63,680 nucleotides of DNA, filler included, from Asterionella formosa (GCA_002256025.1; 15 parts of 15 records of this genome joined end to end with filler, not necessarily neighbours in it), one strand, 5' to 3'; shown: positions 34,601 through 46,834, numbered from the whole stretch's first letter. Notes: generated from the sequence alone by a model not told the origin. Made by a program: numbers and translations.

Positions 34601-36369
34601 CGAAGTTCAGACTCGCGTCGCCAAGGTCTTCGTTCCTTTGTTGCGATTTCCTCGGGATCTAAATTTAGTTGTTGAACCGAGTGAGACATCGAGGAGATCG
34701 ATGAGTGGCGCTGTAAGAATCGAGGATCATTTAATGCTTGCATACTAGTTAGTGTTGTCCCGTATGACATGTCATCAAGTTCATGTGCAGGAAGGTTTTG
34801 AGGACCAGCGCTCAACAGTGCTGACAGTCTACCTTCGTATGTCCTCCCGTGCATAGAACACACAGTTGACACGTCATCTTCCGCACCTTGTTTCTTTGCT
34901 CCTCCAAGCCAGTTGCTAATCAATTTCGATGCTAAAGATGTAGATTTTTCCAGCTCTACATACGAGTTGTTGTGAGTCGATTCCAAACCATTATACTTGG
35001 CATCCAATGCGTACAAATCTTCACCAATTGAGCGCATTGTACCGTTGACAGGCATACCAACATGTTGGGACTCCTTCTCAACGTCAAGCTGGGACTCCTT
35101 TTCTACATCAGCGTTGTCTTCGTTTTTTTTCGCTTTATCTCGCTTCTTGGTTGGAGCTGATCTTGTTGGTTCCTCCTTGTAAGCATGGGTGGGCTCGGAC
35201 TGTTCTGCACACTTTGACTTTGATGCTTTCACATTCACTTTAGACTTCGGTTGTGTGGTTTCTTCAACCACCTTTGGTTTTGCCAGTGGCCTCACGGCTG
35301 GTTTGACCACTAGTTTCGCCTCTGGCTTCACTGCTGAATTGACCACTGGTTTTGCGTCTGGTTTCACTTCTCCTTTAACTTCAGGTTTCGCATTGACCCT
35401 TGATTTGACAGATGGTTTCGCCTCTGCTTTCAATTCTTTCTTAGCCGCTGGTCTTACAGCTAATTTGACCGCTGGTTTGACTGGTTTCGCATCTGGATTC
35501 ACTGCTATTTTATCCGCTGGTTTCGCTGCTGCGACGACCATTGGTTTCACTGCTGATTTAACTGCTAATTTCCCATCTGGATTAACTTCAGCTTTATCTG
35601 TTGGTTTCGCCTCTGGCTTCACTGCTGACATGCCTACTGGTTTCCCCTCTACCTTGTTGACGGTTGGTTTTGCCTCTGACTTCGCTGCTGCTTCAACATC
35701 TATTGTTTCATTGACTTCACTTGTTGCTTTTGTTTTAGTAATAGGTTTGTCGTTCTTTTGGAATTCGACAGCGACCTCTGGTATTATTTGTCTTGTGGAA
35801 GCGGGCTTCACGTCTGGATGTTCGTCTATTTGGACCTCAGGTGGTTCTACTTCTGGTTCGACTTGAGGCGTGGGTGCTGTTGGAATTTCTGGTTTGCCAC
35901 GCATGGTCCATATGGATGGCGGAAGGGGTCCTTCCAGAGGCGCTAAATATCCGTTGATTTTATCCGTTTCACCGGCAGTATTGGTACTAGGTGCATTTCT
36001 GTTGAGTCCTGAAGTCGCAGGTCGTGATCCGATTGGCGGCAGACCTTGAGCCATTCGTCGCTCGTTTGTAATCTGTTCTCCACGTTCCTTTGCCTTCTGT
36101 AGTGCATCCGATATTCCCAGATTTGGCAGCCAGCTTGATCGTACTGGCACTTTCCTTTCCAATAAATGTTGGGGTATTAAAGATCGCTGCAAGTCCGTGC
36201 AATTGGGCAATTCTGTCAATTTCGAGAATGAGATATTCCCAAATCCCGTGTTTCCATTGCTATCTTTCTGCAGCCCGTGCGTTCGATGGCTCTGTGCTTC
36301 TGCATGAGCATGTTCATTGTCATTGTCTTGGAACTCTGGATAAGTTGCGGGTAGCTCTCCTCCGCTCAT
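31672..36369 (-). CDS. Large (~1565 aa) Lys/Ser/Glu-rich, probably disordered protein with a (K-P-x-V/A) repeat tract; function unknown
   Basis: Uninterrupted 4.7-kb ORF with the first ATG at 36369. No catalytic motif was recognised. Confidence 0.8.
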   Translation of the reverse strand: MSGGELPATYPEFQDNDNEHAHAEAQSHRTHGLQKDSNGNTGFGNISFSKLTELPNCTDLQRSLIPQHLLERKVPVRSSWLPNLGISDALQKAKERGEQITNERRMAQGLPPIGSRPATSGLNRNAPSTNTAGETDKINGYLAPLEGPLPPSIWTMRGKPEIPTAPTPQVEPEVEPPEVQIDEHPDVKPASTRQIIPEVAVEFQKNDKPITKTKATSEVNETIDVEAAAKSEAKPTVNKVEGKPVGMSAVKPEAKPTDKAEVNPDGKLAVKSAVKPMVVAAAKPADKIAVNPDAKPVKPAVKLAVRPAAKKELKAEAKPSVKSRVNAKPEVKGEVKPDAKPVVNSAVKPEAKLVVKPAVRPLAKPKVVEETTQPKSKVNVKASKSKCAEQSEPTHAYKEEPTRSAPTKKRDKAKKNEDNADVEKESQLDVEKESQHVGMPVNGTMRSIGEDLYALDAKYNGLESTHNNSYVELEKSTSLASKLISNWLGGAKKQGAEDDVSTVCSMHGRTYEGRLSALLSAGPQNLPAHELDDMSYGTTLTSMQALNDPRFLQRHSSISSMSHSVQQLNLDPEEIATKERRPWRRESELRRGSIMAGRKSELPGSTAAAAALIALELFNDSDSDDSSSDILKEKFVQRNSLQGAEYEIDEEASTNSDVLHELPSEFDRGVAPPTNFQDAWQTEGEIEDHDPSVDEVNEEQDQIEQKVVKQSMENGVLNIWGQISSTVQEKKKKKDSKLSFFAASAFPENPMETVEEAEKNKRVTNTKKDVAESKNVRDSSNVKSCKEKSEGSSVPKIRKEKLDENPVQSNRSSGESPAEGRKSKKVSKGVPEPKPPGSEIELIEKKKRKARKPKVCVVDTATATKNIIDDAEDAAGFLSHDDDREQPTSKVERARNTWSTMKPLGQVQSNPAPQPHLGTLKVVKRSSSSDKHFSSTIQAYQKQSPLNSQSSSTTQSFQKQGSLNSQSSSVDKFQLSTCQTFSKRGSMTSQTSNSTSTHLSNEGNEKHSKSTRTPSMLDRLEQQSRATTLTSLFDHKQNETGDELNTVTLGSKDTKTLIRMSSIRNTGFSSEPRPLQLIIQDASEPEENDRSHQKSSSFPAQRGRGIFGFGKKKNEHVPLDDSGSVDGVAFNNSVEDFDKPIEAPAGGFRRRLSGGGTKQVLPTMNMAKLVFGGKKHVNEKASGHDGSTQPIRRGSLGGGIQKHAPKSKTDSQALTLERDTSVNWGNLAGTSSTLKLLVMNKGASIAKKETDCDLFALREKGKTPHSFDDLPILSRDDSKFRVEGTGSDGELEFNPRRDDRCNETTGKAARPRRSSSLPRTESRNGFIRDDRALSDELFRRVAKAKMVIAKPDKSIKSKRRKSVRTGDIHDTHANRKEHGRSFDVAIMTPMSERKGTKYHRRSSGTTYDVIETPIREKKTTKKERRRPSETNDEVFDTPISVKRKEEPREAAGSTELNHIPSRKKHSEMKETEEEPSKIENSKSPNKKVGKSKINAATGGKAKGEKKSTRKPRDEPPARIRSLQSPPVLVPPQVPLALTPSLKSKDSMEKSETSVKKKRTGRRLSS

Positions 36370-37241
36370 TCTTTGCAACAGAAATGAATTCTACGAGCCC
36401 AAAAGACCAGTAGCTCATAAATGGGGGACGATGCAAGCTATATTTGGAGCCAAAGAAGGATGGGATGCCAAACTTTAACCTACTGTACGAGAGTTGGAAC
36501 GAATACAGAAAGGCCGATTATTGTTTATACCGGTACCGGTATTAGTCGAGTCAACTGACAACCACGAGACGAAAAATTACATGCACTCAATAAGCTAACA
36601 TCAGTGATGACTAAAAACTTTTTCGCGTAAGTTTTATTAGAACACTTGTGTCATCACACTACGCAAACTATGTGCACTGGTGTGAATATATATACCGTAA
36701 GTATGATGGTCAAATCAGTTCTTCGTTGTCGCAGGGTGGACAATTTCGTCGGGCCTACCTATGCATATTTAATTGCCGGTATGTAATTATCACCTGTACT
36801 GGCTGGTCTCAATGTAAAGAAGTCATTTAAAGACGTTGGTCTTTCCTTCCCCTCAATCGTTCTTGCTTGTCGTTTTGTTCCAGACATTCTTCACACCATC
36901 ATCATCAGCCACCGTGAATTTTAGCTCAAACATCTCTCTGATCAAGTTGCGGTAAATGTGCTGAAGCTAAACCTTTAGCTAGCTTTATCCGATTTTAATT
37001 GTTTATTTAGGTAAAATGACCGTAGCTTGCAGGCACCTATAAATTGGTCTGCTATGAACAAAACAACGTACCGGTACATATATACGAGAATGACTTTTAC
37101 TCGGGGCGCACCATATTTCCCATCCATACAGTACCAACCATACAGAGAGTTCATACTGGAAAAACGTTGGAGGACATAATGATTCTTGCTAAATATGTGC
37201 ACACATTCATTCATTCGCATATCACACACAAAGATACATAA

Positions 37242-37564
37242 GGCCGTCGCTAACGGTGGACCAAAACGCAAACCAAACAGAGTTTTGGTTTTGGTAACCC
37301 TAAAAAACGATGCTAAGGCCGTTGCTAACCGTTGACCCAAACCAAAACACACAAAAAAATTTGGATTGGTTTTGGTTTTGGTCAACTGACGAAAAAACGA
37401 TGCTATCGGTTTTTGGGAAATCCTAAATGCTGTCAACCACCCATCTACTGTGACGTAGGATGACAAAACCATTATAAAAAAAGTAAAATATTTCTATTTG
37501 ACTACTTTTATAAATGAAATATTATCATTCCTATTTGGGAATTAGTTAGTTTTTCCCGCAATTT
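37242..37564. mobile_element. Two juxtaposed ends of the GGCCGTTGCTAA (Harbinger-like) element, each preceded by TAA
   Basis: TAA|GGCCGTCGCTAACGGTGGACC.. at 37242 is the inverted right end. TAA|GGCCGTTGCTAACCGTTGACC.. at 37317 is the left end. A further right-end fragment lies at 38011-38069. Confidence 0.8.
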
Positions 37565-40550
37565 GAGCGATGCTGCTGTCTTGTTGTCATCCAACTACAC
37601 ACCAGTATGTATATATATAATATAGAGTCGTAAATATATACTCCAAGTACATATTACCAGGTACACAACAACAACAAGAACATAACAACATCTGTCGATT
37701 GCCAACAATCAGCATCCTCGATCATGGTGCCAGCACCCCTTCCAGCCAAGAGCTCTCTTTCTCCCTCTGCATGGCAAAAGGAGTTGCAACAAACTGTTGC
37801 TGTTGCTGTTCTGGACAAGTTATCAGGAGGGCCAACAATGACAATCAAAAATCTTCAAAATAAAATATATCTACTTTATCATCATGGCGATCCATCCGTG
37901 AAAGGAAGCATTGGATATTTGGAGTCTCTGCTGAGGGGAAGGGGTCAGTTCGAAGACCTTTGGAGTAGAGAGGAGCTGAATACCAAACTCCCAGAAAGAA
38001 ATGCAGATCGTGTTTGGTTTGGGTTTCGGTAACCCTAAAAAACGATGCTAACGGGAGTGAAAAACCCAGTGTTGTTGGGCATGTGTTTCAATCATTTCTG
38101 CTGACAAGTACTGGGCAATGAAGTATATGGTAGTACTGTCGACAATTACTTCTGACAGCTTGAACCGCCCTCACTCCTTTTTCCATTTCAATAACTAGCA
38201 ATCATTGAATCAAGATTTCAAAGATCAGAAATAAGATTACTGTCGACAAGAAACGGAAAAAGCAAGCTGTGGGGACAAATTTAATCATCAATTACATTAT
38301 TCAAAAAATCATGCCCTATCATTTGCATGTTAGTCTAATCAAATTGTTGGTTAAACTTGTAACGAATGGCGAAAAATATGTGGAATCTACAGGAAACTTC
38401 TTTTGAGCTCAATCATCAAAAAATTTGCTGGAATTGATAATCATTGGAATCGATATTTTATCGATCGATACCGCTTTCAAAGGAAGGTTTTAGCAATCAG
38501 AACTGGGTAACTTATTGTTGATTGTTACTAATCGATTGTACTTGAATCGACGACGAAAAATAAAAACTCAATCTCTCTATGGTATTCGGAACTACTTAGA
38601 TTATAAAATCAAGTCATCATTTACAAAGAGGTTATGTCAACTCATCGACATTCTATTGTTAACAACAGGACACACATGCAACGAGCCATTGGAATAGTGG
38701 TTGGTTTTTCCACCAAATAGCATAAAACCCAACATTTGCTTTTTTTTGTAGAGATTAGGTTCAAAACTTACTTACCGACCCAGTACCAAGCTATAAACAT
38801 GTTGACTTGAGTCATTGTGTTTCTGTGCGTTAGGGGGGGGGGGCAGCACACAACTGGGTTTACGGTACTAGGTAAAAGTTTAGTACTCCTACTTTATACT
38901 GCAGTTAAGACCTGGCTTCCAAAATCCCCCACAGATCTGTCCCCCCCCTGCCTGGTGTACAACACTTCCAATTAGTATTGTATTTTATATGTAAATGTAT
39001 GGTGACAAAATTTTGTTATTGGTTTTCAAAATCATTAGGCAGTAGTAATCAACAACAATGCACATGATGACATTCCAGATGGCAAAATCCTTGTCCTCAG
39101 AGGTATGTCAGATGGTCGAAACTGCAAGCAACATTCTTCCTGTGGAGATCATCAAACTGAATTTAATAGCCTTGAATGGTTGCCTTGTTGATGTTGGTGA
39201 CACACTGAAAGGCAGCTTCCCAACAATCATTTCCATCTGCATGGTGATGCAGAAATATTTCTTTCTTTGTAATTATGCAGGCTCCATACTTTGAAAATGA
39301 GTGATTTGGTTGGTTCGTGACACATTCTGGCCATCATAAACAAAAATTACTAGAATTACTAGTCGAGTTTTACAGAAAAGCCTACAAACTCTAGGGGATA
39401 GCATTCACACAGTGACGATATTCGAGCATGACATTTGTCCAATAAGAAAAATCAGTTGATCTTCTAGTAAAAAAACCTAAAAACGCCATCTATTTTTTTA
39501 TAGAGCTATTTATGTTTTAGACGATGGAGATATTGGTGGTGATTATGCTTTGCACATGCATTGTCATGTTCGAAGTCAAAAAGGCACAGTGTAGAGTAGT
39601 ACACTCCCGCCTTCAAAGAAAATCAATCGTGTGATGGTTGTCTGCATTTTTCAGGAGGGGTACTCCGAGTAGTACGACTTGGCACCAGGTTTTTTGGGTA
39701 AATACCGACAGCCATATTGCTCGCTAATATTTTATCCTCCAAAGATTACATTCAATTCATAATTATGTGAAATGTAGAGTTGATTAAGGCGGGAGATCTG
39801 GTCAAGCACCAAGTATACCGGGTACGCATACTGGTACCAGCTACCAGGTACCCCCCTGGTACCAGGAACTCTGTTTACAACAAGGATTCAGCGTATCATT
39901 CATTGACCGTAACTTGCAGTCTAATCGTTATACTCGCATATAACTGCTGGCCAGCTCAAAATGCCGGCATACTCATACCGTATACGAAAACGTTGTAATT
40001 GAGGATGTCCTGCAGTCCGTTGGTTTGCGTGTTTGCTCGTGTTATGCGAACCCAACCATCGAACAAACAATGATAACAAGAATGCAAATGCATATAGGAG
40101 TACTCCGAGTAATGGTACCTGGTACCAGGTACCAGGGTACCGGTAGCGGTAGTTATGCAAATATACCTAGTAGAGTACAGTACTGGTACACAGGATCTGG
40201 TACCCTGGTACCAGGTAATGCATGAGATCAAATTCAGGTTCATACTTTACGTGTGGCAATAATGTTACCTGTAAGACCGGTATACTCCGTACATGGTTGA
40301 ATCGGTTAATATTCGATAAAAGCCAATTCCTATATGTATATGAATATGTATAGCATTGTTTGTCGCTACATTTCATTAAATACCGGTAGTATTCCGGGAA
40401 GTAACTCACAACAACGACCACTGGAACATAAATACTTGTGAACAACCACGCAACCAAGACTACCGGTACAGTTCCCCCTTCCATTCTGTCGTCACAGTTT
40501 CAAGCGAATCAGTTTTTCCCCGCACCTCTTCTTTCTTCTTCAGCTCCGTC

Positions 40551-41480
40551 ATGTCCACAACGATGCTTCGACTCCTTCTCATCGCCATTTTCGCCGTTGG
40601 TGCCCAATCGGCATGTGACGTTTGCCTCGGCGGTGGGGCACCTGTAAATGTAAATGCTATTCTTGCTGACGGCATTTTTTGTGGGTACTACTATGAAAAC
40701 TCAGATTTGATTTCGCCCGATAGCTGTATGTTGATACAGCTACCTGCCAATCAAGTGAAATGCGGATGCCCGGGCTCTGGTCCCAAGCCAACTCCTACGG
40801 CTACCAGCACCCAGGCTCCAAGTCTCGCGCCAGTCCCCTCGCCGGTGACCACTGCTCCAAGTTCTTCGCCAGTTACCGCAGGTCCAAGTTCTTCGCCAAT
40901 TACTTCTGCTCCAAGTCCTTCGCCAGTGACTTCTACTCCAAGTTCGACTCCAGTGACTTCTGCTCCAAGTTCGACTCCAGTGACTTCTGCTCCAAGTTCG
41001 ACTCCAGTGACTTCTGCTCCAAGTTCGACTCCAGTGACTTCTGCTCCAAGTTCGACTCCAGTGACTTCTGCTCCAAGTTCGTCGCCAGTCGCTGCTCCAG
41101 TGACCTCTGCTCCAGTGACCTCCGCTCCAGTGACCTCTGCTCCAGTAACCTCTGCTCCAGTGATTCCAGCTCCAGTTACCCCTGCTCCCGTACCCGCTTC
41201 TCCAGTGACCTGGGCCCCAGTTCCAATAGCACAGACACCTGGGCCAGTTGCTGCAACAACTACTGATTCCCCAGTGACATCTGCTCCAGTGACATCTGCT
41301 CCAGTGACAGCTGCTCCAGTGACATCTGCTCCAGTCACCTCTGTCCCAGTTACATCTGCCCCAGTGTCTGGTGCTATCACTGATGCACCAGTACCCCTCT
41401 TTACATCCGGAACGACGTCGGCATCCGTATTGGCCAGTTTCTGCTCTGGTGTTGTTGCGTCGATCGTCATGTTGTCTTGA
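40551..41480 (+). CDS. Secreted mucin-like protein: Cys-rich N-domain, VTSAP(SSTP) repeats, GPI-like C-terminus
   Basis: Signal peptide, CDVC..C..C..CGC module, 30-bp and 15-bp coding tandem repeats at about 40840-41370, and a hydrophobic C-terminus. Confidence 0.88.
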   Translation: MSTTMLRLLLIAIFAVGAQSACDVCLGGGAPVNVNAILADGIFCGYYYENSDLISPDSCMLIQLPANQVKCGCPGSGPKPTPTATSTQAPSLAPVPSPVTTAPSSSPVTAGPSSSPITSAPSPSPVTSTPSSTPVTSAPSSTPVTSAPSSTPVTSAPSSTPVTSAPSSTPVTSAPSSSPVAAPVTSAPVTSAPVTSAPVTSAPVIPAPVTPAPVPASPVTWAPVPIAQTPGPVAATTTDSPVTSAPVTSAPVTAAPVTSAPVTSVPVTSAPVSGAITDAPVPLFTSGTTSASVLASFCSGVVASIVMLS

Positions 41481-42141
41481 AATTGAGCCATGTTTGCGCA
41501 TCTATTATCACCTTGTAAAAGTACTACTCTAACTATTATCTGTCATTATATGAAATCATGATTGCAAGCACACACTCTTGTTACAAAAGATAACCTGCGT
41601 GTATATCAAAAGAATTATTTTCTAGTTTTTTTAATCTCTGCCATTCGTGCTATAGCTGTCGCAAACTCATTTGTTGGCAAAAAGAATACACACGCTTTGA
41701 GGCCGTACGACCCTTCGCTTTTTGGCTAGCTGGAGTAGATAGTTTGGCTACTAAAGTGCTACGACTCAAGATAGGCGTTCTTTTCATGTGGTTGTATTCT
41801 TTTCTAGAATTTCCAACAATCATGTGTTGGCGCTCGTCTAAATTTGAGTCGACCGGTACATAGAAGTATGAAAAGGGATTATAAATCACGTGCTAGGTTT
41901 ACATAAAATGTGCCGGTAGGGCGAGCGAAGTATCGGAAGCCTTTTTGTTGGTAGCAGGGTTACCAGGTACCTACGTACCCTCGTTGTGATATGTATTACA
42001 TACGCTGATTTGTACGACCAGCATGTCATGAAGTCCTCCTCGTGGATATCGCAAGCAAACATATCATGATTGGCGGTGCGTGATCGGTTCCCAAAAGCTA
42101 CCACCAGGGTACAGCTGTGGAATAACCAAGAAGGCACAATG

Positions 42142-42592
42142 GTGCACGTTTTATTCCCTCTTTTCAGTTTCGACTCACTCCCCCTCAAGGTCTCTTATTG
42201 CATGTTTTTATGCACACCATTTCCGTTTCGACTCACTCCCAATGGTTTGTCCCATGCCTGCCGGACAAGATAGACAATGACTAGAAATTGCTGACTATGA
42301 CTAGAAATTGCTGACTACAAATAAAATTTGTTGACTATGACTAGAAGTTACTGAACAATTTGTGAACTCTATAACCCAACAATCTTCTAGTTCCTGAACA
42401 TAGTTACCAATAGAAGTAGGTGAACATGATTATGACAATGAGAACACGACTTGTATTTAATAAATACTTTTATAGCTAAGTTACTTACTAAGAGAGTTTG
42501 AAATAGAAGCCAGCCTACTAAACCTTCTGGTATGAATGGGATAAATCATTGGGAGTGAGTCAAAAATGAAAAAGTGCGCATGAAATGTGCAC
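42142..42592. mobile_element. Non-autonomous TIR element (~450 bp) with a duplicated left TIR and internal 20-bp repeats
   Basis: Left GTGCACGTTT..TTTCGACTCACTCCC(AATG) pairs with right CATTGGGAGTGAGTCAAAAATGAAAAAGTGCGCATGAAATGTGCAC. Internal 42279-42400 recurs at 63545-63665. Confidence 0.72.
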
Positions 42593-43013
42593 TACCAGGC
42601 TTACCTGGTCCTTGAACAGTGGCTGGTTTGAGGAGTGGTCTCACTGTACTTCACTCTGGGTGCGTACCAGGGAGGGTACCAGGTACTCTCTCTGGGCGAA
42701 CGCAATTGCATCAAGTTGCCAGGAGCACCACTAGTGTCTTAACTGTTCGCATATGAAGGATTATGTAGCCAACATACCATCTTTCTACATGAGGGCCGGG
42801 TTACTCAAGAAAAGGTGTTTGTTATAAGTGACACAGAGGTGAACATGTACTCTGTTTCTGTAATTGAATTATCAGCATCTAAATAACTTATTCGAAACCA
42901 ATTTAACATACGGATATCCATTCCATACAGGCACATATCGCCAAATGCTGTTTTACATCAACCGGCCACCACTCAAATACTTGTGGGAAGCCGAATACAG
43001 CATGTCACTATCA

Positions 43014-43178
43014 AGTAAACGTTATAGTAGTATGCTATTGTTAAAGAACTCGATAATTGCGGAAGCTGTGAATTCGCACTTGGCCCCCCAAAGGGCCTTA
43101 GACCTGCTAAGCAGGCAGAGGATGCGGGAATCGAACCCGCCACCTCGGAAGGTGAGCTAACCAACTAAGTTATTCCCC
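43014..43178 (-). mobile_element. tRNA-derived SINE, copy 2 (shorter variant)
   Basis: The reverse complement starts GGGGAATAACTTAGTTGGTTAG..GGTTCGATTCCC. Perfect 17-bp TSD ACAGCATGTCACTATCA at 42997-43013 and 43179-43195. Confidence 0.88.
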
Positions 43179-44389
43179 ACAGCATGTCACTATCATAATG
43201 ATTATAACATAAAATAAATAACTGTCATTCTGTATATTTTCTATGGTTGCTACATTTACATCGAACAAACTGCCAGCTATTTAATGGTTCCAATCATCAA
43301 ACAAGCATGAATTCGTTTTTTCCTTCCCATCATCGCCACTTTTGGGGTTGCGCATACCATAATTGAACGCAAGTTGCCGTTATTCTACTGTTATACTGTA
43401 CTTTGTACGTGTGTTACCACAGGAAGGTAGGAGACCACGAGTGCATATACGACCACCCTAAATTCTCACCAGTGGCCTTCGGGGCACAAGTGAAATTCAG
43501 AGTCAGTTTAAATGTACAAAAACTTTCATTGAATAATAAGAAAAGATGAAGAAAAATGGGTCCTCATGCATCTGCATTTTGCTTGAGACCACAAGTGAAA
43601 ATCGAAAAAGGCCAAAAACCTTTTTTTGATCTGTAGTTGCCAATTTTACATTTACCGCATATATATTATAGATGGATTTGTAGCTCATGTGGTTGCTCTT
43701 AAAAGGGCGATTGAGCCGGAGAAAATCGTATCAGTCAAAATGGCCCCAGAGAAATTTTAAGAATTGACACAATTGTTTTTGCACAGAGGGAGTACCTGGA
43801 AACATGCGGTACCAGTAGCACCAGCAAGTGGTTGCGGTGATTTTGCTACATTAAGTTCATTTATGACTTTGTACCGACAATGCCAATTCCAATTCCAAAT
43901 TATTCTTGATATCCGTTTGATGAACCAACCCGGCCGGCTTGTTGTTCCAATGTATTTTTAGCTTCAATCTGATTTAGCCTAAAATATTGCTGAGACCAAT
44001 TTGTTTTGTTTATTCTGCCATTTGCTTCCGTTGGTCTGCCCCCTTTTTTTTGGAAGTGCGTTTGCTTGTTTCCATTTGCTTTAACTAAAATAGTCCCAAA
44101 GTACTTTAAGCCAAAATCACAATTCGTCAGAACCTATTTTTTCCTACCGGTAATTATCTGAATTTATCAAATTTTGTCCAGCCGTCTTTATACCGGGCGC
44201 GAACCGTTAGAAGTTTCATACTTTGATTTCTTAACGGCTGCCGAGTCGGTACATATTTGTCAGTATCGGGAATGTGTACCCTACCACACGAAGGAGCAAA
44301 ATTACCACAACTTGTACTTTGGTAGGAGTACCAGGTACTGGCACCTTATACCTGGTACCGGTACCCTGGTTCCAGCTGACCGGTACCAG

Positions 44390-44510
44390 GTACCTGGTGA
44401 GCAATCCTGCACATCGATACAGATATATATAGAGTTGGGGTTATGTCAAATATATCGGAATTCAATAATGAGAGAACTCGACTAACACCCATTCTATACT
44501 TTGATGTCAG
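44390..44510. repeat. Dispersed repeat with an inverted copy at about 52270-52390
   Basis: CAATAATGAGAGAACTCGACTAAC matches GTTAGTCGAGTTCTCTCATTATTG, with similarity in the flanks. Confidence 0.75.
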
Positions 44511-46394
44511 TTCAGGAAATGAGTTATACATAAGGATTAATTAATAAGCTCATATATTCAACAAATACTACTACTTCTAGTTAGATACTTCACTTTGAAT
44601 TCAAAAAGAGTCGAATTAGAAGACAACAAACATGGCAATGTATTCAAGGGTTCCTGTGATTCCTTTGATCAAAGACTANNNNNNNNNNNNNNNNNNNNNN
44701 NNNNNNNNNNNNNNNNNNNNNNTTAATTAATTAANNNNNNNNNNNNNNNNNNNNNNNNNNNNNNNNNNNNNNNNNNNNTTCGGGTTTGTTCATCATCCTC
44801 TCCAGTCCTTATCTGATTCTTGCAACAACGACAAAACAGCCATGTGGAGAGGAACAAGTGTTTGTGATAAAATCTTCATTTGTCGTTCAAGTCATCATAT
44901 GTCTTCGATGCATCATCATCTACATTGCACAGTATGTTCGTACTATGCAATCCATTAAGAGCTTGAAAAGTCATCATTTCCGCATTGTCATGTAGTATGC
45001 ATGCATGCTGCGATAATTCTTACAAGAAATAAAAATTTTGTAGCTTGGGGTTGTCACTTCTGTACTGTATACAGGGGGGGGGGGTTGTTGCATGCATGAT
45101 AGGCAGCTACACCAGTATAAAGCATGATCTTTAATCAATAAATTTTGATTTGTTCATCCTAGTATACCTTTGATCATATGATAAATGGTGTCATTGATGA
45201 GAAAATAAAAGATCAAAATTTATTTTCAGGAATCATGATAAATTGATCTTAAAAATATGATCAAATGATTCTAAACACATGAGGATATTCAGTTTTCCCC
45301 TGCACTAGTAGTATTGTGGTACTCCCATGATAGAAATAATACCCAGCAAGTATACAGTACTACCAGTAGGCCATATGAAGCAATTTTTCGAATGTATATC
45401 ATGGTCAATATGTTTATATTCATAAATGTAGGATTTAGACCATTTAAAAAATTGGCTGGTGATGACTCCCATTTTATTAAGGGGCTTAATTAAATCAGCC
45501 ACTGACTTGTAGGTACAAGAATTGACACAAAACAAAATTGAAAAAATTCATCAGGTTGTGGAGAACTATGTTCTCATCATGCATTGTATAGATTTGAATT
45601 ATGCATAATCAAAATTGATGATGCAGAGTATACACAGGATGATAAATTGATTATATTTTTTATCCAAAAACTATCATATATGTAAATATCCTGTGCCACT
45701 TAGCATACTATACCCTTGATCCTATCTGCATGATAGTTTTTATTTGCAGACAGAATTCACTGAACGCATTAATCATTTGAGCATAGCCAGATGATGACAT
45801 TGATTTTGAATGGATATATCAGCAACTATCATCGTAAAAACAGTAGTAATGAAGCAAAGTTTTCCATTGCTGTGGTGTTGGAAATGTTGGTTTCATACCT
45901 TTAAGGATTGCTTCCCTTCTTGTTGAGCTATGAAGTAGAAGTTTGCACAATGCCAGATTGCAGCACACCTCTATTCTGACGAAGATCTTCCGAATTCAGC
46001 ACTTCTATCCCTCCTTAATAAAGGAGAAGTGAATTATGGCGACTGAATAGTCATTGTAGAAACACATTAGATATGCAGCTGTGTTGAATTCTAAGTTCCT
46101 TTTATGTTCGAAAAGTTTGTTCTTGTGATGATTCATGGTGANNNNNNNNNNNNNNNNNNNNNNNNNNNNNNNNNNNNNNNNNNNNTTAATTAATTAANNN
46201 NNNNNNNNNNNNNNNNNNNNNNNNNNNNNNNNNNNNNNNNNCCCCCCCCTCCCTAAGTCGAGCAATGACAGTATCTAAGCATATGCAAAGTGGTCGTAAT
46301 GTTGAAAGCTAAAAGTAATGTTACCTTTAACTATTATATTTACCTGTACTTGATGTGTGAATTGAAGTACATCATAAAAATATTTGGGAAAAAA

Positions 46395-46832
46395 GGAACC
46401 TTAAGACTGTTCCCGGGAATCCCGGCGTTGAGGCTTTCTTTGGTTCCTTTCCAAATATAGTCGTGTAGTCATTGATCATATCTTTGACAAAGTCTTCCAT
46501 TTCGGACAGTAGATAGCATCCGTTCTCGTCTTCACCCCATTCGTACCATACTTCTAGATGCTTTCGTAGCTGGCCAAGCTCTTTAACGTTGAAGTACTGT
46601 TTCAATGCCAATTTGAACTTGTTGATGTCGGCTTGGCTGCCGGTCACTGCGAGGTCATCGATGTAGGTGCATAGCAGTAGGGTAAGGATGCCTTCTCGTT
46701 TTTCGTAGAACACACAGGGGTCGACACGCCTTTGTTTGAGTCCCACATCAAGTAGGCAGTCTCGGAGTTTCTTGAACCATAGCCGTGCAGCTTGTACCGA
46801 CCGTGCCGTACATTGCCTTATCCAGTCGGATA
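46395..46832 (-). mobile_element. Ty1/Copia reverse transcriptase fragment
   Basis: IRLDKAMYGT..QAARLW (frameshifted), DPCVFY, YIDDL and VKELGQLRKHL. Confidence 0.85.
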
Positions 46833-46834
46833 TA

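Noticed and set aside
35189..35866. 225-aa plus-strand ORF
   Set aside because: Antisense shadow of the repetitive tract of the large minus-strand gene.
40740..41501. Two minus-strand ORFs of about 250 aa
   Set aside because: Antisense shadows of the VTSAP repeat gene, which has the signal peptide and hydrophobic tail.
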